The translations under genes and the position numbers were made by a program. Source: an uncultured Gemmatimonadales bacterium (lineage in GTDB: Bacteria > Gemmatimonadota > Gemmatimonadetes > Longimicrobiales > Gaopeijiaceae). From it: a stretch of 64,000 nucleotides of DNA. Location: assembly GCA_963809895.1 (NCBI GenBank), contig CAWELD010000003.1, forward strand, positions 160,001 through 224,000, in the 5' to 3' direction. Below the pieces are notes generated by a model, which worked only from the letters and a program-made list of their open reading frames with translations, made no database searches and was not told the origin of the DNA. Of this stretch, positions 11,213-20,482 are shown one piece after another (positions within the stretch are counted from its first letter, which is position 1; each line of letters starts with the position of its first letter).

Positions 11213-12395
11213 TCAGTCGGCCAGCAGCAGCGCCGAGGCGGCGGCCGCAAGCGCGGCAGCGCCCCGGGGTAGCATGGCCTCGTCGATGTCGAAGCGCGGA
11301 TGATGGTGGGGATGGGGATCGGCGGGGGCGGCGCCCAGCCAGAAGAAGACTCCGGGCTTCTCCCGTGCGAAGAAGGCGAAGTCCTCCGCCGCCAGTACAG
11401 GGGGCTGTTTCACCACGCGCTCGTCACCCAACAGCTCCACCAGGGCGCCGCGGACGGTGGCGGTCGCCGTGGGGTCGTTCACCACCGGTGGGTAGCCCGG
11501 CCTGAACTCCACCGCGACCTCCGCGCCCTGGGGCACGAGTCCTTCGAACGCGGCCCGCACCGCTGCCTCCAGGGTCTCGCGCACGGGCTCCGTGAAGTAG
11601 CGGAGCGTACCGGTGAGTCGGACCTCGCCAGCCAGCACGTTGGGGGCCACTCCACCCTGGATCTGTCCGAAGGTGATGACGCCCGGTGCGGTGGGCGGGA
11701 TACGGCGGGCGACTCCGTTCTGAGCCGCGAGAATCCCCTGCGCCGCCAGGACCAGGGCATCCACCCCTTCATCGGGCATGGCGGCGTGGGCACTGCGCCC
11801 GCGCACCGTCACCCGGATCTCCTCGCCCCCTCCCATGACCGGACCCTCGGAGATGAGCGCGATGCCGGGTGTGATGTGGCCGCCCACGTGCAGACCGACG
11901 ATGGCGTCGACGCCGTCCAGCGCCCCGTCGTCGAGCATGCGCATGGCGCCGCTCTTGCCCTCCTCGTCCACACCCTCTTCGGACGGCTGGAAGAGGAATC
12001 GGACCGTCCCCCGCGGGCAGGCGTCCGGCATCCCGGTCCTGCACGAGAAGAGTGGCGGCCCCGATGAGCCCGGCGACGTGGGCGTCGTGTCCGCACGCGT
12101 GCATCGCTCCGGGCACCGTCGACACGTAGGCGTGCTCCGACTCCTCGGTCACCGGAAGCGCGTCCATGTCCGCACGGATCGCCACCGTCGGGCCCGGGCC
12201 GTTGCGGAGCTCGGCCACCACGCCCGTGATGCCCACGCCCGTGCGCACCTCCAGGCCGAGCTCTTCCATCGCTCGGGCCGCGATGCCGGCGGTCCGCGTC
12301 TCGTGGAAGCCCAGCTCGGGATGGCGATGAAGGTCTCGCCGCACCTCCACGAGAGAGGGGGCGAGGGCGTCGGCACGGTCCAGGAGATCGCTCAT
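11213..12395 (-). CDS. M20D amidohydrolase; apparent +1 frameshift in a G run near 12010
   Basis: RRDLHRHPELGFHE, IRADMDALP, MHACGHDAH in one frame; FLFQPSEEG, GRSAHAAMP, AEDFAFF, HHPRFDIDE in the next. Confidence 0.9.
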
Positions 12396-12535
12396 GGCCC
12401 GAACAATAGATGCCGCCGGCGCCCGGCGACAAGCGAGCGCCACGGCAACTCCGGGGCGCCGAGTAGATCGCGCCACCACGGGCTGCTAGGTTGAGCGGCG
12501 AGCCTGATGGCCCCCTCTACCGACCAGCCTCAGCC

Positions 12536-13459
12536 GTGACGGATCCTCGTCTCACCGAGCAGCGCAATCCCCGATCGAGCGACATCGACACCTTGTCGCC
12601 GCTGGAGATCGTGCGCCTGATCAATGCCGAGGATCGCCAGGTGGCGGACGCGGTGGGGGCCGAGGCCGAGGCCATCGCCCGTGCCGTCGAGCTGGTGGAG
12701 CAGACCTTCCGCTCCGGGGGGCGGCTGTTCTACGTGGGCGCCGGCACCTCGGGCCGGCTGGGGGTCCTGGACGCCGCCGAGATGCCGCCGACGTTCGGGA
12801 CCGATCCGGAGATGGTCCAGGGGATCATCGCCGGGGGATACGACGCGCTGGTGCGGGCGCAGGAAGGGGCGGAGGACCACCCCGAAGACGGCGCCGCCGC
12901 CGTGGACACGCGCGGTGTGCGCGCCGGCGACTTCGTTCTGGGGATCGCCACCTCCGGCACGACGCCCTTCGTGCACGGCGCCCTGGCCCGGGCCCGTGAG
13001 CTGGGCGCCGGCACCGGCTTCCTCCTGTGCACGCCCCCCTCCGATGCGCTGCGCCGGACCCACGACGTGGTCATCGCGCCACTGGTGGGCCCCGAGGTGA
13101 TCACCGGCTCCACCCGCATGAAGGCGGGCACGGCGACCAAGCTGGTCCTGAACACCATCACCACCGGAGTGATGGTGCGCCTGGGCAAGGTGTTCGGAAA
13201 CCTCATGGTCGACCTTCAGGTGACCTGCCAGAAGCTCCAGGATCGGGGGGAGCGCATCCTGGCCGAGACGCTCGCCATCGATGGCGAGGCCGCCCGGCGG
13301 CTCCTGGCCGACGCCGAGGGACACGTGAAGACGGCGTTGGTCATGCATCGCCTGGGCGTGGACCGGGCCGAGGCGCTCCGGCGCCTGCAGGACGCGGGCG
13401 GGGTGGTGGCCCGGGTGGTCGATCTGTCCCCGGGGACGGGCGGGCAGGCGTCGCCGTGA
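12536..13459 (+). CDS. murQ: N-acetylmuramic acid 6-phosphate etherase
   Basis: TEQRNPRS, YVGAGTSGRLGVLDAAE, GPEVITGSTRMKAGTATKLVLN; alternative start TTG 12491. Confidence 0.95.
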   Translation: MTDPRLTEQRNPRSSDIDTLSPLEIVRLINAEDRQVADAVGAEAEAIARAVELVEQTFRSGGRLFYVGAGTSGRLGVLDAAEMPPTFGTDPEMVQGIIAGGYDALVRAQEGAEDHPEDGAAAVDTRGVRAGDFVLGIATSGTTPFVHGALARARELGAGTGFLLCTPPSDALRRTHDVVIAPLVGPEVITGSTRMKAGTATKLVLNTITTGVMVRLGKVFGNLMVDLQVTCQKLQDRGERILAETLAIDGEAARRLLADAEGHVKTALVMHRLGVDRAEALRRLQDAGGVVARVVDLSPGTGGQASP

Positions 13460-14634
13460 GCCTGCTCCTGGGACTCATGTCCGGCACCTCGGCCGACGGC
13501 GTCGACGCAGCGCTGCTGGAGGTCGAGGGCACGCCTCCCGACGGCCTGGACTGGCGCCTGGTCGCTCACCGCACGACGCCGCATGGCGACGGGCTGCGCG
13601 AGCGGATCCTGGAGGCGACCCGTGCCGGAAGCGCCCAGGCGCTGTGCGCCCTCCACGTGGACCTGGGCGAAGCCTTCGCCCGCGCCGCGCAGGAGCTTCT
13701 CGCCGCGGCGGGCGTGGAGCCCGGCGCCCTGGAGGCCGTGGGCTGTCACGGGCAGACGGTCTGGCACCGGCCGCCCACGGCCGGAGTCCGGGGCGCCACC
13801 CTGCAGCTCGGCGATCCCGCCACGCTGGCGGCGCGACTCGGCGTGGAGGTGATCTCCGACTTCCGGGCCGCCGACATGGCGGCCGGGGGGCAGGGAGCGC
13901 CGTTGGTGCCCTGGGCCGACCGGGCGCTGCTGGCGCGAGACGACGGCCCGCGCGTGGTCCTGAACGTGGGCGGGATGGCCAACCTCACCTGGCTCCCGGC
14001 CCGGGGATCCACGGAGGTGCCGGTGGCCTTCGATACCGGCCCCGGCAACGTCCTGCTGGATCACGCGGCGGCCCTGGCCAGCGGCGGCCGTCTCCGTTGC
14101 GACCGGGACGGCGAGCTGGCCGCAGCAGGCTCGGTGGACGAGGCGCTCCTGGCGCGCCTTCTGGACGATCCCTTCTTCCAGCAGGCTCCACCGCGCTCGA
14201 CGGGCCGCGAGCGCTTCGGGCCCGACCTGGTGGAGATCCTGGCCCGCCAGCGCGGGCTCGAGCCGGGAGGCGCAGCGGCGGGGTGGGCGGATCTCCTGGC
14301 CGCGCTCACGGCGCTCACGGCCCGGAGCGTCGCCGACGCCGTCGCGCGCTGGGTGCGGCCTCGGGACCCCGGTGAGGTGATCGTCACCGGCGGCGGCGCC
14401 CACAATCCGGTGCTGGTGGGTGCCCTCGCCGAGGTGCTGGCGCCTCTGTCCGTGCGTCCCGGACCGGAGGTGCTGGGCGCCATGGCCGACGCCCGCGAAG
14501 CCGCTGCCTTCGCGCTGCTGGCGTGGGCGCACCGGCGGGGTATCGCCGGCAACGTGCCCGCCGTCACCGGCGCGTCCGGTCCCCGGGTCCTGGGCAGCCG
14601 CACCCCGGCGCCTCGGCCGAGCGCAGGCCCATGA
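13456..14634 (+). CDS. anmK: Anhydro-N-acetylmuramic acid kinase
   Basis: GLMSGTSADGVD, HGQTVWH, DFRAADMAAGGQGAPLVP, FDTGPGN, STGRERF; GTGA overlap with murQ. Confidence 0.95.
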   Translation: MSLLLGLMSGTSADGVDAALLEVEGTPPDGLDWRLVAHRTTPHGDGLRERILEATRAGSAQALCALHVDLGEAFARAAQELLAAAGVEPGALEAVGCHGQTVWHRPPTAGVRGATLQLGDPATLAARLGVEVISDFRAADMAAGGQGAPLVPWADRALLARDDGPRVVLNVGGMANLTWLPARGSTEVPVAFDTGPGNVLLDHAAALASGGRLRCDRDGELAAAGSVDEALLARLLDDPFFQQAPPRSTGRERFGPDLVEILARQRGLEPGGAAAGWADLLAALTALTARSVADAVARWVRPRDPGEVIVTGGGAHNPVLVGALAEVLAPLSVRPGPEVLGAMADAREAAAFALLAWAHRRGIAGNVPAVTGASGPRVLGSRTPAPRPSAGP

Positions 14635-16382
14635 AGTCCAGAAGCCTCTGGATCGCCCTGGCGGTGGCAGCGTCGTTGGTCGTGGTGGAGGCGCTGGTCT
14701 TCCGCGCGGTCTGGCTTCCGGTGCCCCATGCCGGGGGCGACAACGCCGGGTACGTGGCCCTGGCCCACAGCCTCCTCAGCGGCCAGGGCTACACGGAGCT
14801 GTGGGATCCGGCGCGGCCGCCCCACACCAAGTATCCTCCCCTCTTTCCCTTGCTGCTGGCCGTCCGCATGGCGCTGGGCGGCGTCACCTGGGGAGCGCTC
14901 AAGGCCGTCACGCTCCTGGCCGGACTCGCCACGGTTCTGGCCGCCTTTCTGTGGGCTCGCGGTCGGTCGGGCCTCGCCGTGGGCGCCGGCGCGGCGCTGC
15001 TCACGGGACTGACCGCCTCGGTGGTGGACTACAGCCGCTGGCTCCTCTCCGACGTGCCCTTCCTGGCGCTCACGCTGCTGGCGCTGTGGGCCGCGGACCG
15101 GGCCGACGGCCAACCTCCGGACGGCGGCGAAGCAGGTGCCGAGGCCGATGCGGCAGGCGGAGGCGGCGAGCCCACGCCGGCGCACGCCACGGCGTGGTGG
15201 ACCGTGGCGCTGGCGCTCACGGGCCTGGCCTATTTCACGCGGTCGGCGGGCCTGCCGCTGGTGGTGGCGGTCCTGGGCGTGTTGGCGCTCCGGCGGCGGT
15301 GGCGCACGTTGGCCGCGGGCGGCGTGGCGCTCGGGGGCGCCGCGCTGTGGTGGTTCCTGCGTGCCCGGGCCGTGGCGGTGTCGCAGGGTGCCTACGGGAG
15401 CGAGTTCTGGCTGGTGGACCCCTACCGTCCCGAGCTCGGTCGGGTGGGGGTGGGGGGGCTCCTGGGTCGCGTGGCGGCCAACGTCGTGGGCTACCTGACC
15501 GCCCACGTGCCCACCGGTCTGGTGGGGAACGCCCAGGGTCCGGCCACGGCGCTCGGTATCCTGGTGGCGCTTCTGGGGTTGGTGGGCTGGGGGCTGGCGC
15601 TGCGGCGCCGGCTCCGGGCAGCGGAGCTCTTCCTGCCGCTCTACACGGGGCTGATCCTCCTCTGGCCAGAGGTGTGGTCCGGGGACCGGTTCGCGCTCCC
15701 GCTCCTCCCCATCCTGCTCCTCTACGCCGCCACCGCCCTGCGCACGGGACTCCGTCGGCTGGGACCCGTCGCGGTGACCGGCGGTCTGGCCGGCTTCGGG
15801 GGGCTCGTGCTGCTGGCGCAGGGAGCCGGGATCGTGCGCACGGCGGGAGACGCCGCGGCGTGTCGGGGAGCGGCCGCCACCGCCGGCCCCTACGCGTGCT
15901 ACGGCGCGCCCATGCTGGAGTTCACCCAGGCGGCGCGCTGGGCAGGCCTCAACCTCCCGCCCGGCAGTGCCGCCCTCACCCGCAAGCCTCGCATCTGGTA
16001 CGTCCTGAGCGGCCAGCCCAGCCGGACGTATCCGTTCGTGGCGGACACCGATTCGCTGCTGGCGGCGGCGGACGATGCCGGCGCCCGCTGGATGGTGCTG
16101 GACTTCGTGGGCGCCCAGGGGATGCGCTATCTGGGTCGGGCGGTGGCGGCGCGTCCGGGCGATTTCTGCATCACGGCGGGCTTCGGAGGCGACAGCCGAC
16201 GGCCCGGAACCCAGCTCATCGGGGTTCTGCCGCCGGAGGCCAGGGGCGAGAGCTCCACCGATCCCGAGGCGGAGCGGGTGACGATTCGGGGATGCGCGGG
16301 CGAGCTGGCCGGCGGCGAGGCGCCGCTGTCGCCCTATTCGGTGTCCTCGCCGATTCCGATCCTGAGCTCGTCGTCGCCGTAG
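14631..16382 (+). CDS. Polytopic membrane protein, GT-C (ArnT/PMT-like) glycosyltransferase
   Basis: GDNAGYVALAHSLLSGQGY, KYPPLFPLLLA, LLSDVPFL, many hydrophobic helices, soluble C-terminal domain; ATGA overlap with anmK. Confidence 0.7.
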   Translation: MKSRSLWIALAVAASLVVVEALVFRAVWLPVPHAGGDNAGYVALAHSLLSGQGYTELWDPARPPHTKYPPLFPLLLAVRMALGGVTWGALKAVTLLAGLATVLAAFLWARGRSGLAVGAGAALLTGLTASVVDYSRWLLSDVPFLALTLLALWAADRADGQPPDGGEAGAEADAAGGGGEPTPAHATAWWTVALALTGLAYFTRSAGLPLVVAVLGVLALRRRWRTLAAGGVALGGAALWWFLRARAVAVSQGAYGSEFWLVDPYRPELGRVGVGGLLGRVAANVVGYLTAHVPTGLVGNAQGPATALGILVALLGLVGWGLALRRRLRAAELFLPLYTGLILLWPEVWSGDRFALPLLPILLLYAATALRTGLRRLGPVAVTGGLAGFGGLVLLAQGAGIVRTAGDAAACRGAAATAGPYACYGAPMLEFTQAARWAGLNLPPGSAALTRKPRIWYVLSGQPSRTYPFVADTDSLLAAADDAGARWMVLDFVGAQGMRYLGRAVAARPGDFCITAGFGGDSRRPGTQLIGVLPPEARGESSTDPEAERVTIRGCAGELAGGEAPLSPYSVSSPIPILSSSSP

Positions 16383-17023
16383 AGGAGCGCCAGCGCCACG
16401 CCGAAGGTGACGTGGTCCAGGAGCGTATCCTCTCCCCCCTCGGAGCCGGCCAGGAGGCCGCTGATCACGGGGAGCCGCCGATAGGGGGCGAAGCGTCCCA
16501 GCAGACCCCGCATTCCGCCCCAGGGTGACAGCGCGTACTCGGCGGTGCCGTAGAGGAGTCCCCGGATCACCGGAGCGCCGGGCACCCTGGGCTCCACCAC
16601 CGCGCCGTAGAGGAGGCCCCGGGCCGTGCCTGCCACCAGACGTTCCGGGAGATCGCCGTCGAGCGCCGGCAGCCGTGGCTCTCCCCGGAGGAGGGGCGCC
16701 AGGACCTCGCGGGCCAGCGCCGCCGCGCCACCGGCGAGACCAGCGCGCAGAAGGCGCTCCACCGGAGGACGACCGCGTCCGGGCCACACCCGCAGCACGC
16801 GGGCCAGAAGTGTGCCCGCTCCGGCCGCCAGCGCGAGCTCCAGACCCCCGCCCTCGTCATCCCCTGGCCCCTTCCGCTCGGGTTGGGCATCCTTGTGCCT
16901 CCGGCGGGGGGATTCCTCCCGGCGCCGGGACGCCAGGGAGCGCAACGGAGCTGCCGGGCCCCGGATCCTGGCGGATTCGAGCGCGTATCCCAGGCGATAC
17001 CAGATGTCGGTCGATGAGGCCAT
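16334..17023 (-). CDS. Hypothetical membrane protein
   Basis: MASSTDIWYRLGYALE...GLLYGAVVEPRVPG...GLLYG...DHVTFGVALALLY; protein-like with hydrophobic segments. Confidence 0.65.
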   Translation of the reverse strand: MASSTDIWYRLGYALESARIRGPAAPLRSLASRRREESPRRRHKDAQPERKGPGDDEGGGLELALAAGAGTLLARVLRVWPGRGRPPVERLLRAGLAGGAAALAREVLAPLLRGEPRLPALDGDLPERLVAGTARGLLYGAVVEPRVPGAPVIRGLLYGTAEYALSPWGGMRGLLGRFAPYRRLPVISGLLAGSEGGEDTLLDHVTFGVALALLYGDDELRIGIGEDTE

Positions 17024-17075
17024 GACCCTCGCGCCGGGTGGGCGTGGCAGGGAAGGAGTGTCTACGGTGGCGTGC

Positions 17076-20000
17076 ATGCGGTTCGTTGACAAGGCGTGCC
17101 GGACGGCGGTGCGCTGCGCCCCGGGGTGCAGCGGGACCCTCGCCCTGATCGCGTTGATCCTCGTGGTGTCGGTGCGCCCCCTCTCCGCGCAGGTGCCTCC
17201 CGACGAGGATTGGCGATCGCTGGAGACCCCGCACTTTCGCGTCACCTTCCCGGCGCGGCTGGAGGGGCTGGCCCGGCGTGCCGGGGCCGTGGCCGAGGAC
17301 GCCCGAGTCAGGCTGGCCCAGGCCTTTCTCGGGTTCCCCGACGACCGGGTGGAGCTCCTGCTCACCGACCACGTGGACGCTTCCAACGGCTTCGCCAACG
17401 TGGCGCCGTACCGCAGGGTCACCATCTACGCCCGTCCTCCCGTAGACGGCTTCGCCCTGTCCTATTTCGACGACTGGGTGGATCTGGTGGTGACCCACGA
17501 GTTGGCGCACATCGTGCACCTCGACGTGACCGGGGGGCTGGGACGTATCCTGCGGTCCGTCTTCGGACGGGTTCCGTCGCCGTGGCCCTTCTTTCCCGAG
17601 CTGGCGAGCCCGCGCTGGGTGGTCGAGGGCCTGGCGGTCTGGTACGAGTCCGACCTCACGTCGGCAGGACGCCTCCACGGCACCTACTTCGACATGATGG
17701 TGCGCACGGCGGCGCTCGAGGGCCGCCTGGAGAGCATCGACCAGGCCTCCGGGGAGTCCCCGGTCTGGCCTTCGGGAGAGCGCCCCTACGTCTACGGCTC
17801 CGAGTTCTTCCGGTGGCTCCTGGATCGCTACGGGGCCGATCGCATGGCGGACTTCGTCGAGGCGGTGGGGTCGCAGTGGATTCCCTACCGCATGAACGCC
17901 GCGGCCCGCACGGCGTTCGGCGTGAGCTTCAGCGAGGCCTGGAACGTCTGGCGCGAGGAGACCACGACCCGGGCGCTGGCGCTGGCGAAGCAGGTGGATG
18001 AGCACGCCCCCAACCCACCTCCGGAAGCCCTCACCACGCATGCCCGCCAGGCGCTCTACGCCAAGGTGGGGCCCCGGGGACAGGTGGCCTATGCCCGCGC
18101 CGACGGCCACGGGGATCCCGAGATCCGCGTGCGGTCGTCGCAGGCCGGCGCCGGCGCCGGGGCAGGGGCTGCCGAGCGTCGCATCCGCACCAACGGGCTG
18201 GCGCATTTCGACTGGATCCCCGACGGCTCGCTGGTGGTGAGCCAGTACGAGCTCGAGGATCCGTATCGCACCTACAAGGACCTCTACCGGATCTATCCCG
18301 GTGGGGCCAGCGAGCGCCTCACGCGTGGGGCGCGTCTGGACCAGCCCGCCGTCTTTCCGGGAGGGGAAGAGGCGTGGGCCGTCCAGACCGTGGGCGGCGG
18401 CACGCGACTCGTGTCCGTCGATCTCGTGACGGGCGAGGTCCGGCAGCTTCCGGCCCTCCCGGAGGGCGCCAACTGGTCGTTCCCTGCGCCCTCGCCCGAC
18501 GGCCGCCTGGTCGCGGCCATCCGGTGGCGGCTCGGACAGTGGCCCGACCTGGTGCTCCTGGACGGCGACGACGGCCATCTGGTGGAGGCCGTGACCCGCG
18601 ATGCGGCGCTGGAGCTCGCGCCCACCTGGTCGCCCGACGGCACGCTGCTCTGGATCTCGGACCGCTCGGGGGTGCCCGACGTGTACGCCAGGGATCCGGC
18701 GTCGGCATCCGGGAGCCTCCGCCAGGTGACCGCGGTGGCCACCGGGCTCGGGTTCCCCACGGTGGATCCCGACGGCCGTTGGATCTACGCGTCGCAATAC
18801 CACGCCGACGGTTGGGACCTGGTGCGGCTGCCGTACGATCCCGATTCGTGGATCGCACCCGGCGCGCCGGCCTCCCGCTACGCACGGGCCGGGGGCGCGC
18901 CGCAGGGGCGGTCGATACCCGCCTTCAGCGGCGGGGAGGTGACGCCGTATCACCCCTGGTCCACGTTGCGCCCCCGGTACTGGGAGCCGCTCGTCCTGCC
19001 GGCCATCCATGCCACCAACCGAGAGGTCCTGGGCCCGTTCATCGGAGCCACCACCACGGCCGAGGACCTGGTGGGGCGCCACGCCTTCGCCGCCAGCGCG
19101 GCCCTCTCTACCACGGACGCCGCCTTCGACGGCCGCCTCTCGTACGTGTATCGCGGCCTGGGGTCTCCGCTGGTCACGCTGTCGGTGGACCAGGAATGGG
19201 ATGCCTCGGGTCCTCTCCGGGCGCGACAGTCCGAAGACGCCCCGGTCGATCTCCTCTACATCCGGGAACGACAGCGACGCGCCTCACTGGACCTGACCTT
19301 CCTGCGCTCGACCTGGCGGCGGGCATCGGCACTGGCGGTGGGTGGAGGGATGGTATGGGAGGACCGCACCCTCCTGGACGAGACCCTGCAGCGCAGCCCG
19401 GACTACGCGCTGTCCCGTCCGTCGGCCCGCCTCGCCGACGTGCGCGCCACGCTGAGCACGAGCACCGTGCGGTCGCACGCCCTCTCCATCAGCCCCGAGG
19501 ACGGGGTGAGCGCCTTCGTGCGGCTGCGCGCCCGCAAGGAGGTCGGGGTCGCCGATTCGCTGGTGGGCAGGGAGGGGTGGGACCGGAGCTACCATGAAGC
19601 CCGCGGCCGGATGCGCTGGTACACCTCCTTCGCGGGACCGGGCTTCGCCGATCACGTGCTGGCCATCCAGCTGGCGGCCGGTGCGGCCCGGGGGCCGGGC
19701 GCCGATGCCTTCCACTTCGAGGTCGGAGGGGCGGCGGGTGCCCCGGAGCCCCTCACGGGCTTCTCGCTCTTCGGCGGGGAGTCGCTCCTCTTTCCGGTGC
19801 GAGGCTACGCCCGCGGCGACCGCTTCGGACGAAACGCCTGGGCGGCCAGTGCCGAGTGGCGCTTTCCCATCGCCCTGGTGAACCGGGGCCCGGGCCTCTT
19901 CCCCCTGCATCTCGACCGGTTGCACGGCGCCGCTTTCGTGGATGCCGGTGATGCCTGGGGGCCCGATCTACAGCTTCCGGGGTACCAATCACCGAGGCAA

Positions 20001-20147
20001 TCCACCCTGGTCGGGGTGGGGGGCGAGCTTCGGGCCGAGCTTCTGGCCTTCTTCACCGTGCCGGTCACCCTGCGGATCGGCGTGGGCGCACCTCTGGTCG
20101 AGCGGACGCGCCCCACGGCCTACCTGCGGTTCGGCGCGGCGTTCTGA
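17076..20147 (+). CDS. Outer-membrane protein: HExxH zinc-peptidase-like domain + TolB/PD40-like beta-propeller + Omp85-type beta-barrel
   Basis: Signal peptide ending LSAQ; THELAH and EGLA; PAPSPDGR and PTWSPDG repeats; VRGY, SAEWRFPI, AFVDAGDAW; C-terminal YLRFGAAF; start approximate. Confidence 0.8.
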   Translation: MRFVDKACRTAVRCAPGCSGTLALIALILVVSVRPLSAQVPPDEDWRSLETPHFRVTFPARLEGLARRAGAVAEDARVRLAQAFLGFPDDRVELLLTDHVDASNGFANVAPYRRVTIYARPPVDGFALSYFDDWVDLVVTHELAHIVHLDVTGGLGRILRSVFGRVPSPWPFFPELASPRWVVEGLAVWYESDLTSAGRLHGTYFDMMVRTAALEGRLESIDQASGESPVWPSGERPYVYGSEFFRWLLDRYGADRMADFVEAVGSQWIPYRMNAAARTAFGVSFSEAWNVWREETTTRALALAKQVDEHAPNPPPEALTTHARQALYAKVGPRGQVAYARADGHGDPEIRVRSSQAGAGAGAGAAERRIRTNGLAHFDWIPDGSLVVSQYELEDPYRTYKDLYRIYPGGASERLTRGARLDQPAVFPGGEEAWAVQTVGGGTRLVSVDLVTGEVRQLPALPEGANWSFPAPSPDGRLVAAIRWRLGQWPDLVLLDGDDGHLVEAVTRDAALELAPTWSPDGTLLWISDRSGVPDVYARDPASASGSLRQVTAVATGLGFPTVDPDGRWIYASQYHADGWDLVRLPYDPDSWIAPGAPASRYARAGGAPQGRSIPAFSGGEVTPYHPWSTLRPRYWEPLVLPAIHATNREVLGPFIGATTTAEDLVGRHAFAASAALSTTDAAFDGRLSYVYRGLGSPLVTLSVDQEWDASGPLRARQSEDAPVDLLYIRERQRRASLDLTFLRSTWRRASALAVGGGMVWEDRTLLDETLQRSPDYALSRPSARLADVRATLSTSTVRSHALSISPEDGVSAFVRLRARKEVGVADSLVGREGWDRSYHEARGRMRWYTSFAGPGFADHVLAIQLAAGAARGPGADAFHFEVGGAAGAPEPLTGFSLFGGESLLFPVRGYARGDRFGRNAWAASAEWRFPIALVNRGPGLFPLHLDRLHGAAFVDAGDAWGPDLQLPGYQSPRQSTLVGVGGELRAELLAFFTVPVTLRIGVGAPLVERTRPTAYLRFGAAF

Positions 20148-20316
20148 GACGATCCTTGCCCGTGCCCCATGGGCGTGACGATATTACCGAACAAAGCCCG
20201 AATCGTCGGCGCCGGATCGAGTCGCCTCGAGGCTCCGACGACGGGAAAATGGAAGCGCCACAAGGGGTTGGGTCACGGGGTGCCCGGCGACGCTCCTGAT
20301 CCCGGGCATTTCATGC

Positions 20317-20345
20317 TTGACCACAAGATCTAGTGCCCCTATTAT
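20317..20345 (+). promoter_or_regulatory. Sigma70-type promoter of nrdJ
   Basis: TTGACC (20317-20322), 17 bp spacer, TATTAT (20340-20345). Confidence 0.8.
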
Positions 20346-20368
20346 GGTCCCGCCCCAAGAACTTGTGG
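20321..20368 (+). promoter_or_regulatory. Tandem NrdR boxes
   Basis: CCACAAGATCTAGTGC (20321) and CCCCAAGAACTTGTGG (20353) fit acaCwAtATaTwGtgt, 32 bp apart, overlapping the promoter of an RNR gene. Confidence 0.85.
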
Positions 20369-20482
20369 TGCCCTCGAGGACTTTCCACAGGACTTTCCGC
20401 GGCGGAAGCTGTCTTCCGCCGCTTTTCAACGGAGTGTCCCCAGCCTTTCCACCGGGTTTTCCACATTGCCGGAGTGTCTCTG

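Noticed and set aside
20180..20482. Cobalamin riboswitch upstream of nrdJ
   Set aside because: Conserved B12-element motifs not recognised; the region is explained by the promoter, NrdR boxes and DnaA-like boxes
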